Assembly: GCA_050084515.1 (NCBI GenBank)
Contig: CM114271.1
Span: 15,190,001 to 15,254,000 of the forward strand
Source of the DNA: Blasia pusilla
Lineage: Eukaryota
Length of the DNA stretch: 64,000 nucleotides
Reading direction: 5' to 3'
Every line of letters starts with the position of its first letter. Within the stretch, counting starts at the first letter, position 1. Of the stretch, positions 1 through 11,206 are shown one piece after another. Both the position numbers and the translations under genes were made by a program. The notes under the pieces are model-generated. The model saw only the letters and a program-made list of their open reading frames with translations, had not been told where the DNA came from and ran no database searches.

Positions 1-191
1 ATTGGAGACAGGCTTTCTTTGTAACCAGAGGGTTGGGATCCAATCATGAAGAGATGAAACATATTCTCCAAGTGCGGCAATCCAGGATTTCTAACTGCAG
101 AAAACATTACGTGAAGTCACATTGATGGGCACAATGACGCACAAGGCAGAAAGACACAGATGCAAACAAAATGTTATGACAAATAGCATAC

Positions 192-294
192 CTCTGCAGC
201 AACAAGACTAGTGATATCTGATTCAGTCAGTGAACTGTTGGGATTTTGCACCACACATGCAACTGGAACTTGACCTGACTCCTCATCAGGCACT
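192..294 (-). CDS. 4CL-like: 4CL-like exon 5 (103 nt)
   Basis: [34 protein letters not shown] between TGCAG and GTATG. Confidence 0.9.
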
Positions 295-3200
295 CTGCAT
301 CCATCCACATCAGCAATCACTACTTAGTCTACGCCCATAAAATAATCTGTTCGAGTTTTCCTTGGCGAACAAGATTTCAAAGTACTATGACAGGAGATGG
401 CTACTTGGAAGAGTGGAGAGAAGAAGAAGAATTGATTTGTAGTCCACCAAAGCCTAACTGGCGTATGGCACCCCTTCCACATATGTGATATTCACATCTA
501 GATTTCAAACATTTCTGTTCGAAGTTCCCATAGAGGAGATTAGGTTTCAGAGTGAAGGCCTGGAACTTATTATTGACCATTGAGCAGGGAGCATAATGAA
601 GGCACACACACATGAAAGGCACACAAGGCTTGCTATCTCTCAAACATGGACCATCCATGCCCTAGGTAGGAGACAAAACTGCTTTGAGGTTGAGACTGCC
701 CCGCACTGTCCAGGGGAGAGAAAAGGGGACCTCGTTGAGAGGACCTTATGACTGTTCAGCTAACCTCTTGGTCATCTACCACTTGATGACCAAGAGGTTA
801 GCTGAGAGATAATCCGCTTGTATGTCGGAAGGAGTGACTAGACTCGATTTGAATCTCAAATGGAAAAACTACGCAAAGATCACTGAAAGACTTGGAGGGG
901 CAGAGTTGATTGCTGATGAGGGCTTCATTACTCACTCACTAGTCCTGATTGTGGGATCTAGAATCACCATTACTTTTCCATTTATTGGATGAGCAACACA
1001 ACCTGTACATGCAAGTATCTAGCTGGCGGCCTAACATAGATAGAGTGCTTACGGGACCACCACAGCGTCCAAGATCCCAGGATGCTGAAGAAGCACTTTC
1101 TCAAGCTCTGCTGGTGCAACCTGCAGAATGGACATTTGCACACGAGCTCTTTATAGGGTTCCAAGTTGCTCAATAGATAACTGGCAGATGTGTGAGGTAA
1201 GTATGGATAGCATTTTGAGATCCTGTCACTGGCACTCCAGGTCTCCACTTTTTTGTCAGGAGAATACTGTAGCAGTCTTTCATTCCTTTTCTGGGCCTCA
1301 AGAAATTTTATTTGGTGTAAGAAAATTTGTTTTGACGTCCTGAAATTCTCGCACAATTTGCTCGGGGGTAGTTGATCTGGGCCCCCGTGAACAATAACCA
1401 TCTCATTCAACCATCCGCTCAATCTCAGGCTACGACTTGTACTGGGTGAGTACAGTCTCTCTATCTCAGTGCAACAAAAACCTTGGGAATCAAGTCACTG
1501 GAAATGAAGGAGGACCTAGTGGTTATCGTACCAAGTATAAATCAAGGACATACTAACCTGGTAGGCCTTATACTTGATGAGTTCCTTTATCCGATCAACG
1601 ATGAACAAAGCCCCTTCCTCGTCAAAGTAAGCCAAGTCCCCCGTGTGTAGCCAGCCCTCAGTATCAATGGTAGCAGCTGTGGCCTCCGGATCATTGAAGT
1701 AGCCTGCATCCACCATGGATAACGAGCTTTAATGCAGAGGCGAGAGTAACGCACACTAACTACATTACATGCTCCAGTCGTGCAGAATGTGAGGCTCATT
1801 GTATTGCAGCGAGGGATCCGACATTGCTGAGATGAAAAATTGACGGATCACTCGTGGAAGTCATTCGGCACAGTAGGCCCAAATTCGGAATTTCAATGAA
1901 GAGCGAGAAGCTGTGGAGGTTGTGCTGTTGCTTACCTTTCATTATCTGGGGTCCCCGTAGCCATAGCTCTCCCTCTTCGTGAGGAGGAAGAAAAATACCG
2001 GTGCTAAGATCTACAATTTTGGCCTGTACGTTGGGGATCAAATATCCCATAGATCCTTGTGGTGCATCCTCGACCCCATGCGGACCGTCTGATACAGACA
2101 CTATGCTTACCGTTTCCGTCATGCCATAACCCTGTGGTTGTCATCAATAGAAATGCCGAGCTTGATCAGTATAGGATCCTAAAGTTAGTTATCACATGCA
2201 ATCACCAGCTGAAGAAGCCGGCTAACAAAATGGGGATCACCAACTTCTCGAGTATAGATGGGGGTTCCGTGCATGAAATCGAGAAGCCTTGACCCCAAGC
2301 GAAAGAGCGGAAGGTACAAGTGAACAAAGGGCTCACAAGAAACTCTACAGCAAGAGAGATTCCAAGTTGGGGTAGTGGACATGGTGGTCTAACCTGTGAG
2401 AATCTGATGTTGGGGAACCGTGTGTGATAGGTGTCGACTACACTCTTCGGTAATGAAGCCCCACCACAGGCGATGAGGACTAGAGAGCTGAGGTCGAACT
2501 TCTGGACAACAGGTTGCTTCGCCAGAGCAACAATTATGGGCAGAACAGCTGGGAAACTCTTAATCTTATATTTTTCGATCGCCTGGAGCATACGAACGAA
2601 GTCGAATCTCTCCATGATGACATTGGTGGATCCCCAGCGCAGGTTTGCACCTGAGACCTGACACAACCCATAAATGTGGAACATGGGAATGGGGATCAGA
2701 CCAGTCAATTCTTCGAAGGGAATTTTATCGTTGGAAGCATCTCGTGCGTTCTCCTCGAATACGCAGACCGCTGCTTGGAGAGCTATGAAATTCCTGTGTG
2801 TGAGAGTGACTCTTTTGCTGAGGCCTGATGTCGAAGGGGAGAAGATCAATGCTGCAGTGTCACTCTGAAAAACCTGTACTTCTGGAAATTTGCTCGAGTC
2901 TGTTGCGAGTACCACAGAGAAAGGGGTAAATGAAATGCCAGCCAGCTCCTCTTTTTGCCCCTTGACATCCCCAAGCAGAACCAGACCCAGGCTGCAATCT
3001 CTCACTTTCTCCACCAGCTTCACATCAGTGATGGCGTACTGTGCACCTGATACCTTGATCTGAGTTGCAATTTCGTGCTTGGAACTCACTGGGTTCATGG
3101 TTGTGGCAATGGCGCCCAAGGAAGTGGTCGCCAGAAATATGACCGGGTAATAGATGGTATTGTTCAACAAGATCGCCAGCACGTCACCCTTCTTCACACC

Positions 3201-3434
3201 GAGCTCAGCCAAGCCGGAAGCAACTCTCTTCACCTTTTCATGAAGCTCACCGTAAGTAATGAACTCGTCTGTGTCGGCATCGATCAAAATCTTCCTGCCC
3301 GAGAACTCCGGCTTTTCATGGATTGAAGAGAAGAGATATGTCACCAGATTCATATCTGCCTGCTCTGGGAGCTCACTAGTTGGCCAGGGACTCCGATATG
3401 TGCCACTATCCTCGTCGAAAATCGCATGTCCCAT
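192..3434 (-). CDS. 4CL-like: 4-coumarate:CoA ligase-like / acyl-activating (ANL superfamily) enzyme, spliced. Exons 3434-2394, 2131-1936, 1703-1558, 1120-1053, 294-192; last exon lies beyond the left edge
   Basis: Motifs [78 protein letters not shown]. All junctions are GT-AG and phase-compatible; exon sizes 1041/196/146/68/103 nt. Confidence 0.93.
756..805. repeat. Perfect 21-bp inverted repeat with 8-nt loop in 4CL-like intron 4
   Basis: tcagctaacctcttggtcatc-taccactt-gatgaccaagaggttagctga. Confidence 0.9.
1053..1120 (-). CDS. 4CL-like: 4CL-like exon 4 (68 nt)
   Basis: [23 protein letters not shown] between TGCAG and GTAAG; this frame is not in the ORF track. Confidence 0.9.
1558..1703 (-). 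CDS. 4CL-like: 4CL-like exon 3
   Basis: [24 protein letters not shown]...KYKAYQ between AG and GT. Confidence 0.92.
1936..2131 (-). CDS. 4CL-like: 4CL-like exon 2
   Basis: CAG acceptor, GYGMTE...[17 protein letters not shown] donor. Confidence 0.92.
2394..3434 (-). CDS. 4CL-like: 4CL-like exon 1 (347 codons, ATG at 3434)
   Basis: [18 protein letters not shown]...IRFSQ followed by donor GTTAG. Confidence 0.92.
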
Positions 3435-3611
3435 CTTCAATCCCAGACGGAGATGGGAACCACTGCACAACACCGAGCGATTGAGAGGATAGTCAGCACT
3501 TCCTTTCTCCTTCCCTCTCCAACTTCTGACTACCTCTCTCTCCCTCTCTCAACTAAACTCTTGCGCCTTGTATGACGATGGGGATGAAACCTCTAGTCAC
3601 TACTTGGTCAC

Positions 3612-4176
3612 CTGCACAAAATTCACAACACACAGAGCAAGAGCATATGCTGATATTGCTAAGCTGGTAATACAGAATTGTTCAATACATTCAGTAGCCT
3701 AGATTCATTGGCCAAAGCTGCTGCACTGGTATGTTATGGTCATTGGGGATCCCCATCAGGTAAAGTAGATGGTGTGGTGAAGAGCTTCTTGGTTGACACT
3801 TAAAAGCTCCGCACTTTGGCCAGCACTCACACTAAATGAGAGTGTCTCCCTCCTCTCATATGGTACCTTCTTCACTTCTTCCTCTCTCAACACCCATCCT
3901 AGTCTCAGCACCGTTCAACCTGGGGTCTATGGTCGCAAGGCTACGACAGGCACTACTTAATGAGTACAGTCTCTCTCTCTGGTCTATGGTCGCAAGACTA
4001 CGAGACTCTACTGTACAGTCTCTCACATATACGAATCATTGTGGACAATAGATCACTTCATTCGTAATCTTGACAACTCTCTAGCTCGCGAGACATGACA
4101 GTTGTGTATGCTCGAACGAGTGATTTGAAATCCTAGGCGATGAATTTTTTTTCTCCATGTTCACGACTCCCTTACC
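3612..4176 (-). other. Putative 5'-UTR intron of the 4CL-like gene
   Basis: Minus-strand GG|GTAAG at 4176 and TTTTGTGCAG|G at 3612 upstream of the ATG; no transcript evidence. Confidence 0.4.
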
Positions 4177-5721
4177 CAAATCTCCCTTCAGTCAGGCTCA
4201 GGATTTCTCGTTTGATATTCTGTTTGACGAGTGTGGGTAAAGTGCCATCCTCCAGTAGCAACTCCTTCCCCCACAAGTACTCACTGCGCTCTCGAGCTCA
4301 GATCGGTCTCCCTATCCATTCTGGCAACCCTCTCAATCTACCCTCCATCCCCTGCTCGCGCTGCGTCCTGCAGGGACTCGGGCTGTGTGTATGGCTGGGG
4401 CAAAGACCTACCTCTGGGTAGTAAACTTGGCCCGTCGTGGAGCAGAGGGACTCCACACACATTCACTGGGCCGCTTCTGCCCCACTGCGAAACACAAATT
4501 CGAGGTACTCATTCTGTCCGGGACGCAGGATCTCCTCATCGTTGTGTGCTCGGACAAGAGACCACCACCGAGCTCAACTCTCAAGACCACCTCCTCTCAG
4601 CCCAGGCCATACAGATCCCCGAATTGCATGGAGACTGTCGACCAGGAGACAGGCGGCTCGGTTTTACCGACTGACAGCATTCATGTGAACGACGACTCTT
4701 GGTGCTGTCTCGTCTGGTGTACCTCACGGCCGCTCGTCTCGGGCTTTCGCCGTGTTGGTTCTGGAGATTGGAGCGGGAAGGTCGGGAAGAGAATGGATGG
4801 AGGAAAGGGAAAGGGAAACGAGTTCTAATGGTGCTGTGCAGCGTCTCTCTGGTGCTTCCAAGCGTTGTCGCTACAGACGAGTGATCTCGCAGTCCATGAG
4901 TCAGTGCGCTGATAGTTCCGAAAGCGGAAGACTACTTCTTCTTCTTCATATCCGTCTCCATTTCGGCTCGGCTCCCGAGTCTCTCCTCGCAGCGTTCATA
5001 ATTTCATTTCATCATGAAGAAGCTCTCGACTCATTGGCTCGCTGTCGTAATGGCAGAAATGCGCAAATGTGCCGTTTCTCCCGCGTCTTCTGAGGATGAT
5101 CATGGGCAGCAGGTCCGGCTTCGGTGAGCACTGCGTCCGCACCTCTCAGGTGTTGCAATTCGGGTTTGGTTGTCTGATCCTTACCCTTCCCTCCGCCTCG
5201 TTGCTCTACTGCAAGAACCCACAACTACTAAACTCACTCTCACGATCCCAATAACACAGCCTCGCGAGCTCGCGAACCGATTCATGTGATCAGTCGAAAA
5301 ACGGACACAGAGAACCAACCAAACGAATGCACTTTCCTGCCCTTCGATCCCAGAGCGCCTACACTACTCTCGCAGGCGAATGCCAAGCTCAAACGGGTCA
5401 GAAAAAGGAATCCCCGCTGTGGCTGAGACCCTGCGCTCTTCTCTTGCCAATGGCACGACATCCCCCCACGAAATCGGTTTCCTGAGAGCGCGCCGCTCTT
5501 GCCATTTCCAGAAATCGGACAGACATACTCCATCCCGAGACGGCTATTGGACCTCGATATACAAAGCTTTCTGCAACACACCATGCTCAAACGAGGGCTG
5601 AGAGAGGACGTGATTTTTTCTGTCCCCTGGGACCTGAAGGGCCCTGGGACTTCGATTTTCTTAGAGAGAGATGAAGCGTTTTGTTCTCCATGGGAAACTC
5701 AAAGAGCCCTGGCATTTGTTT

Positions 5722-5762
<41 letters not shown>
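5722..5762. repeat. (GT)n(GA)n compound microsatellite
   Basis: Direct reading. Confidence 0.95.
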
Positions 5763-7461
5763 CCTGAATTAGACTGGATGCTGCACAACGCTATGATTCA
5801 CGAGCACAGAGCAGACATGCCAGTTTCGATCCCGAACACTCGCGAATTCGCTGGCAGCACACCAATGCACCCGCATTCCAATCCAATCCAATTCTTCCCA
5901 CTCCTCACAGGCGGCACCACAGCAATCACACTACCTCCTCCTCCCCGCCACTCCCTCCTCCTCCTCCTCCAACTGCCACCACCAGCGCCAGCACCAGCAA
6001 CAACAGCAGCAGCTGAGCACGAGAAGATCTGCCCGTGGACGACTTCAGCTGAGCTACCGCCGAAGAAGAAGCTCATGGAAGCTCGCCAGTTTTGAACTCC
6101 TCGATTCCACTATAAAGAGAAAACGACTCCGGAAAGAAATGCGTGCAGCCGCTTCAATGCGTAGAAGCTCATGGAAGGTCGGTCGTTCGGTCGGTCGGTG
6201 GGTCCGTCCGTCCGTCCGTGACAGTGTGACTCCGTCTCGTTCATCCAAGTCAACAAAGAAACAAAGGGGACGCCTTTGGGGGTGCTCTGTACCTCCAAAA
6301 AACGACGCCGACGAAAAAATAATAATAATGGCCCGAACCTTCTATTTTCCCCGTCGCACCACCACTGCTGCGTGCTCGTCGCCCGTCGCCACCTTAGTCG
6401 ACCGGGAACTCCCAGTCCCCCAAATCTGCCGGTGCACCTTCGCCGCGCGTGCCGTTGGTTCGGACACTCCTCGCCGGTCCGGGAAACAAGGATCTTTCAA
6501 TGATGTCGCCAGCGGACTCCTCCCGCTCATAATAAAGAAAGACCGACAACACACAAAAGCCATGGAATTTCTAGAATTCTCTTGCCTTCGTTATGGCGGG
6601 CCCCGCTTGCGTCCACTTACCTTATCAAAGGTCCCACACATGCCCATAACCCATTCAAAACGTCCTCTTGGAGTCGTAGTTTCCTCGTGTACGCTTTGAA
6701 ATACTAATAAAAGAGAAGGCATCAATAACATTATATGTGCAAATTTATTATATGTAAAATCGACTTAGTCTAATGTTATTTTTTCCCCTCGTAGTCCAAC
6801 TTCTTATTATTACAAGCGTGTTGCTTTGGTTTTCATTTCATTTGGTTGAACTTGGACCTCATGGCTATTCATCCTCGGGTTAGCAGTGGGTTATAATTCA
6901 AGAAGGGGCCGTGCAAAACGATTTGCACTAAACGCCCTCGGAACGTGAGACTTCCCTCTCTATAGTGAGCACATCCTCCACTCCACCGGAGTCTCCTGCG
7001 TCTAGTAAATGGTATCAATAAACTATTTATTCTCTTATCCAAACAGATTTTATGGTTAAGGGATCTTGACCTTGGGTTAACTAACATGAGGATGAATAGG
7101 CATGAGGAACTTGGAAGGTGCGAATGAAAGAATGGAGGATTTTTGAGTGTTTTGTTAGTAATTATTCCTAAATAAATAAATCTTAGACTTAACTCAAGTT
7201 TGAATTTTGGATCTTTTTATTTCCACTTATGTTGGTGTTTTCTAAAGTATTTGTGTTTTGGTTTTTCCTCTAGTGAATATGTCAATAAATTCCTAAACAT
7301 AGCTTCATATATTGCATTTTTTTACTACAATTTCCGGTTACATTTGGTTCAATGGATTTCCTTGGCTTTTTTCGTTCTTTTATTACTTTATAGGTCTAAC
7401 ATTATGACCTCATCCCTTCATATCAATCATCAATATATATCTTCCATTTTCTCTTCACATC

Positions 7462-8167
7462 TGTCGTGCGCATACACATCGCTACACAACATACATCGTT
7501 GTCATCGAACACACACACAAACACGCACGATCCCATGCTAACTCATGGTATCCAAACAACAAAACAAGAAGTACCAAAATATCTCCAATAAAATAAGATC
7601 CCATCTCTCTCACTATACCATAGTTCTCACATGTCTCTCTCAATGTCAAACCAAACCCACTCTCCTAATGAGAGGCTTGGGTTACACTCACAAGGCAAGG
7701 GACCATAACTCCGCCACCTCGTGCCAAGAGGTTCAACAAAGAGAGAATGAGCTCTCAAGCTCTTTCTCCTTGAAGTATACCCCTCCCCTCCCCCAAGCTC
7801 TCTCAATGGCAACCTATGCTCCCAAGTCACCTCCTTGGCTCTTGACATGATACAAGAGGTCAAGGGTCACTTAACAAAAATAGAAAGTTGACCATATACT
7901 CAGAATGGTACTTGCCTAAAATAGTAAGTTTCTCGATATGGCTCCAAATGAGCCGAAATGAAGGGGAAACATGCTCTCTCAGATTTATCGGGGCCTCAGC
8001 AGGTCATCCCTTGACCTCCTCAGCCTATATCCGTGACAATTGTTGTGCATATACTCATCGCTACACAACATACATGGTTGTCACTAAATATGCACACAAA
8101 CACGCACTATCTCATGCTAACTCATGGCATCCAAACAACAAGACAAGAAGTACCAAAATATCTCCAA
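7462..8167 (-). repeat. 3' terminal repeat block of copy 1: B2 7462-7588, A2 7589-8038, B1 8041-8167; PPT-like tract 8168-8178
   Basis: tgtcgtgcgcatacacatcgctacacaac... recurs at 8041; junction gtgaca-at-tgttgt; minus-strand aggggggcaa precedes B1. Confidence 0.85.
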
Positions 8168-11100
8168 TTGCCCCCCTAGCTGGTGTTTAGGTCCCTCTAA
8201 TTCCAGATAGACATATATCCCTACCTACCATGACATATATCTCTTGGAGGGTAAGAGCAAGAAGGACGGGTGCTCATTTGGCCCCATCGTTAGTCGCCTT
8301 CTTGTCATCCATATCACAGACACATGTCAGAATATAGAACTACCTACGCTATGTACATCTGGGACACACCCATCGTTCCTGAGGAACCCTAGTGCGAGGT
8401 GGCATCAAACATGTTATATGTCATCCTCTCGAACATCCATCACAGACTAGCATAGTGGTTGCACCACGGGTGGAACCACACAACATTCACCGCAAGTCGG
8501 CAGGAACTACTGCTAAGATCGGATCAAGTATAGCGTCAATATTTGGAATATGACATAGCGCACAATTACGCACATGGTCCTTCCAAACTATACCATCGCG
8601 TTCCTCCAATAAGAGAACATCGGATGGCAAAACCTCAAGCACTCTTAAGGTAATGTGCCCTGCAGTCACATTCAAGGTCGTGGATGCCGTCCGCTGCAAG
8701 TAGACATAGCCTCCCTGATGAAACCTCCCGATAGTAGGTCGATAATCACCTTCCCAAAGAGTCGCATATCTCAATGTACCCCGATGTTGCGCAATCACCA
8801 AGTTCTCAAATGCCATGGGCATCACTCTCCGAAACAACTCATCCCTCTACTGAATCTGTATCCCATCGCCAACCATGGAAATTGGAGGTCCCAATCTCCA
8901 AGGTGACCTCTCTGCAAGCCATACTTGCGTAGTCTCTAACCCGTCACACTCTTGTGCAAACGTCTCGCTCCACGTGGTCTGCATATGCTCAGTGGCTAAG
9001 CGTCGAAGCTCCACAGTCGAGCCCCAAAGTGGCACCTCTCTTCCACGGATTGATGCGGCTACCATGACACTCCTCTCCATAGAAATTTCACGAATGGGAG
9101 TATCCTCTGCATTGACATGTTTCTCAATCAAATCACTAGGCCAAGTGATGGCACTCCTTTATGCTACTAAGGTTGGCATCTCTCCTGGCCGTCGTTCGAT
9201 CATTGCACCTGTGAATTGAACGGGTAATGAGCTAAGGCGCCCATTACCTAACTCCCATCCTGGTTTGTAGGACGCTGACTCCTCCTAGTAATCCAGGGAA
9301 AACCCCATCGGATATAACACTGCTCCACCAACCAAGACGTCGTAGGACTCTATATCAGTCACTATCGCCTTGGCTCGCACCACAGACTCATTTGTAGGAT
9401 GTCCCGGGCGAATCCTCACCACGACCTCTTATCGGGTGATATACTATGTGGTACTTGCTCTACCCAAGGAAGTCTCTATCTGGAATGGACAACGCTCCAT
9501 GTTGGCTCTCGTTAAGCCTAATCCTCTTAATGACGTTTTTCCCAACATTAGGGGTTGCACTCCTGAATCTAACAAGAAGCGTTGCGGACTAAAAGCTCTA
9601 CCTCCTGGACTCACCAATAGGAAGACCTCTCCCCGGTTATCCAGCAACACAACACCAAGAGAAGCCATGGCATGCTCTATCGTGGGTCTAGCCAGCATCT
9701 CCGCCATCCTAGCAACTGCAGCCTGCCATGAATCCGACGTGGACGGCCCAAGCATCCGCTCCAAGGGCAAGTCCATCACCTCTGAATGTGATCCAATAAC
9801 TCCAACTCCACGCTCATATAGCATAGCGGCCATCCAAAATACCTCGACGGGTGTACCTCCCAACGTCATAACATCGAAAGCAGTAAACACCAGAGCACGG
9901 TACACCATTGTGGCCGCCCCCAACATCGTACTCGACACATGCTCCTCTTGAGCATCAACAATAGGAGTCATCACACTCGCTTCTTCCATCGCCCTCCGTG
10001 CATGTACACCAATCTCATTACCAACTCTCCGGGAACTTTGATCATGACCAATCGATGGGGTACTCATCGTCTCAGACAACATGAAAGACTAAGGAAGCCT
10101 GGTTTGTTTCCTGGATTCCCCTCGTTGTGGATCCAACTCTGCTCCAAGCGTCACAACTGCAACGGCCTCCATCTGGGCAACCTCGCACATCCAACTAGGA
10201 TCCTCCATATCTATAGTTGCTCCATATGAAGTCGATGCCATGGATTCGACATCGGGTAACCTCAATGCCATAGCGGCAATTTTCTCTTGTAGTTGTTGTA
10301 TCTGAGCAGCCATCCCAGCCTCACACCTGGCATCTCCCTCGATATGTGTAGGTGATGGGACTCTACCTCCTCCACGGGCAGCTCCACCACCCTGTCGGGC
10401 AACTCCAGCTCCTCGTCCCCCAATGTGACCACCTGGTGCACGATCTGTAGGCCCATCCGGACCGGCTACTTGCTCTGATGCCCTCTCTGGCCCTCGGTCA
10501 GGACCTAACTCAAGGTGTAAACTGAAACACCTGGCGCGTGTGTGACCATACCTCTGAAAATAGTCACAATGATAACCTCCTGGTGCAGCACCATCTCCTC
10601 CTCCATGTTGAGGCACACGTCCATGATCCTGATGATGGGCTCCACCACATGACCAACAAATAATCATAGGCGGTTTCTGTTGAGTTGCATATGAAGGCGC
10701 AGGTCTCTGTGGCATGGCCTCTCAATATCCTCCCTCAACTCATGGTGCCACAATCGACCTATCTCGGAGTCAACGTTGTTGCATTGGTGGTGCAGACAAT
10801 CCTGACTGCTCTCCCCCAAAACCTATGGTGGCTACGCTCTCCTCCGCCATGTTGCGCTCAATGTTCTTGGCTGTCCTAAAAAAATCTCTCAATGTAGGGG
10901 AGGTATTCATAAGAAGCACCCCCTCCCGTACCCGTGTCCGTAGGGTCCGGTCCAACATCGCATACCATGACTGGATAGCCTGAGCTTCTGTCACCCCTTG
11001 AGTGACGTTGATCACCCGGCGCAAGCGAGTGTAAATCTCATGCAAACTGTCACCCGAGCACCTTTGGAAGTTGTGGATGCTTCGCAACTTCTCCGTCTAT

Positions 11101-11206
11101 ACCCCCTGGTAGCTCGCCCTCAACTCAGCGAAGAACTCAACCACGGGGTTGAACTTGGGACGAACCCGACTAGACGTTGCAACTGCTCCAATGCGAGTGA
11201 CCTCTC
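7462..11206 (-). mobile_element. Ty3/gypsy DNMT-family copy 1, internally deleted: gag, protease, [DNMT-RT-RH-INT core deleted], integrase C-terminus, PHD, 3' repeats
   Basis: Gag knuckle remnants (CWSCGGAHH, CDYFQRYGHTRARC), FLLDSGVQP protease, integrase tail AQHRGTLRYA, PHD at 8372-8490; colinear with the copy at 37854-44861. Confidence 0.88.

Noticed and set aside
2202-2393. C-terminal extension of the 423-aa ORF
   Set aside because: Read-through into intron 1 beyond the GT donor at 2393.
3926-3942. tatggtcgcaaggct resembles an 18S rRNA segment
   Set aside because: Only ~15 nt with no flanking rRNA similarity.
5778-6095. Short ORF ending ELPPKKKLMEARQF
   Set aside because: Largely low-complexity CCT/GCA repeats with no recognisable homology; cannot be supported as coding.
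9370-9951. Antisense ORFs (also 43648-44244 and 56262-57062) recurring in each copy
   Set aside because: Shadow frames opposite the protease region; their similarity follows from the sense-strand homology.
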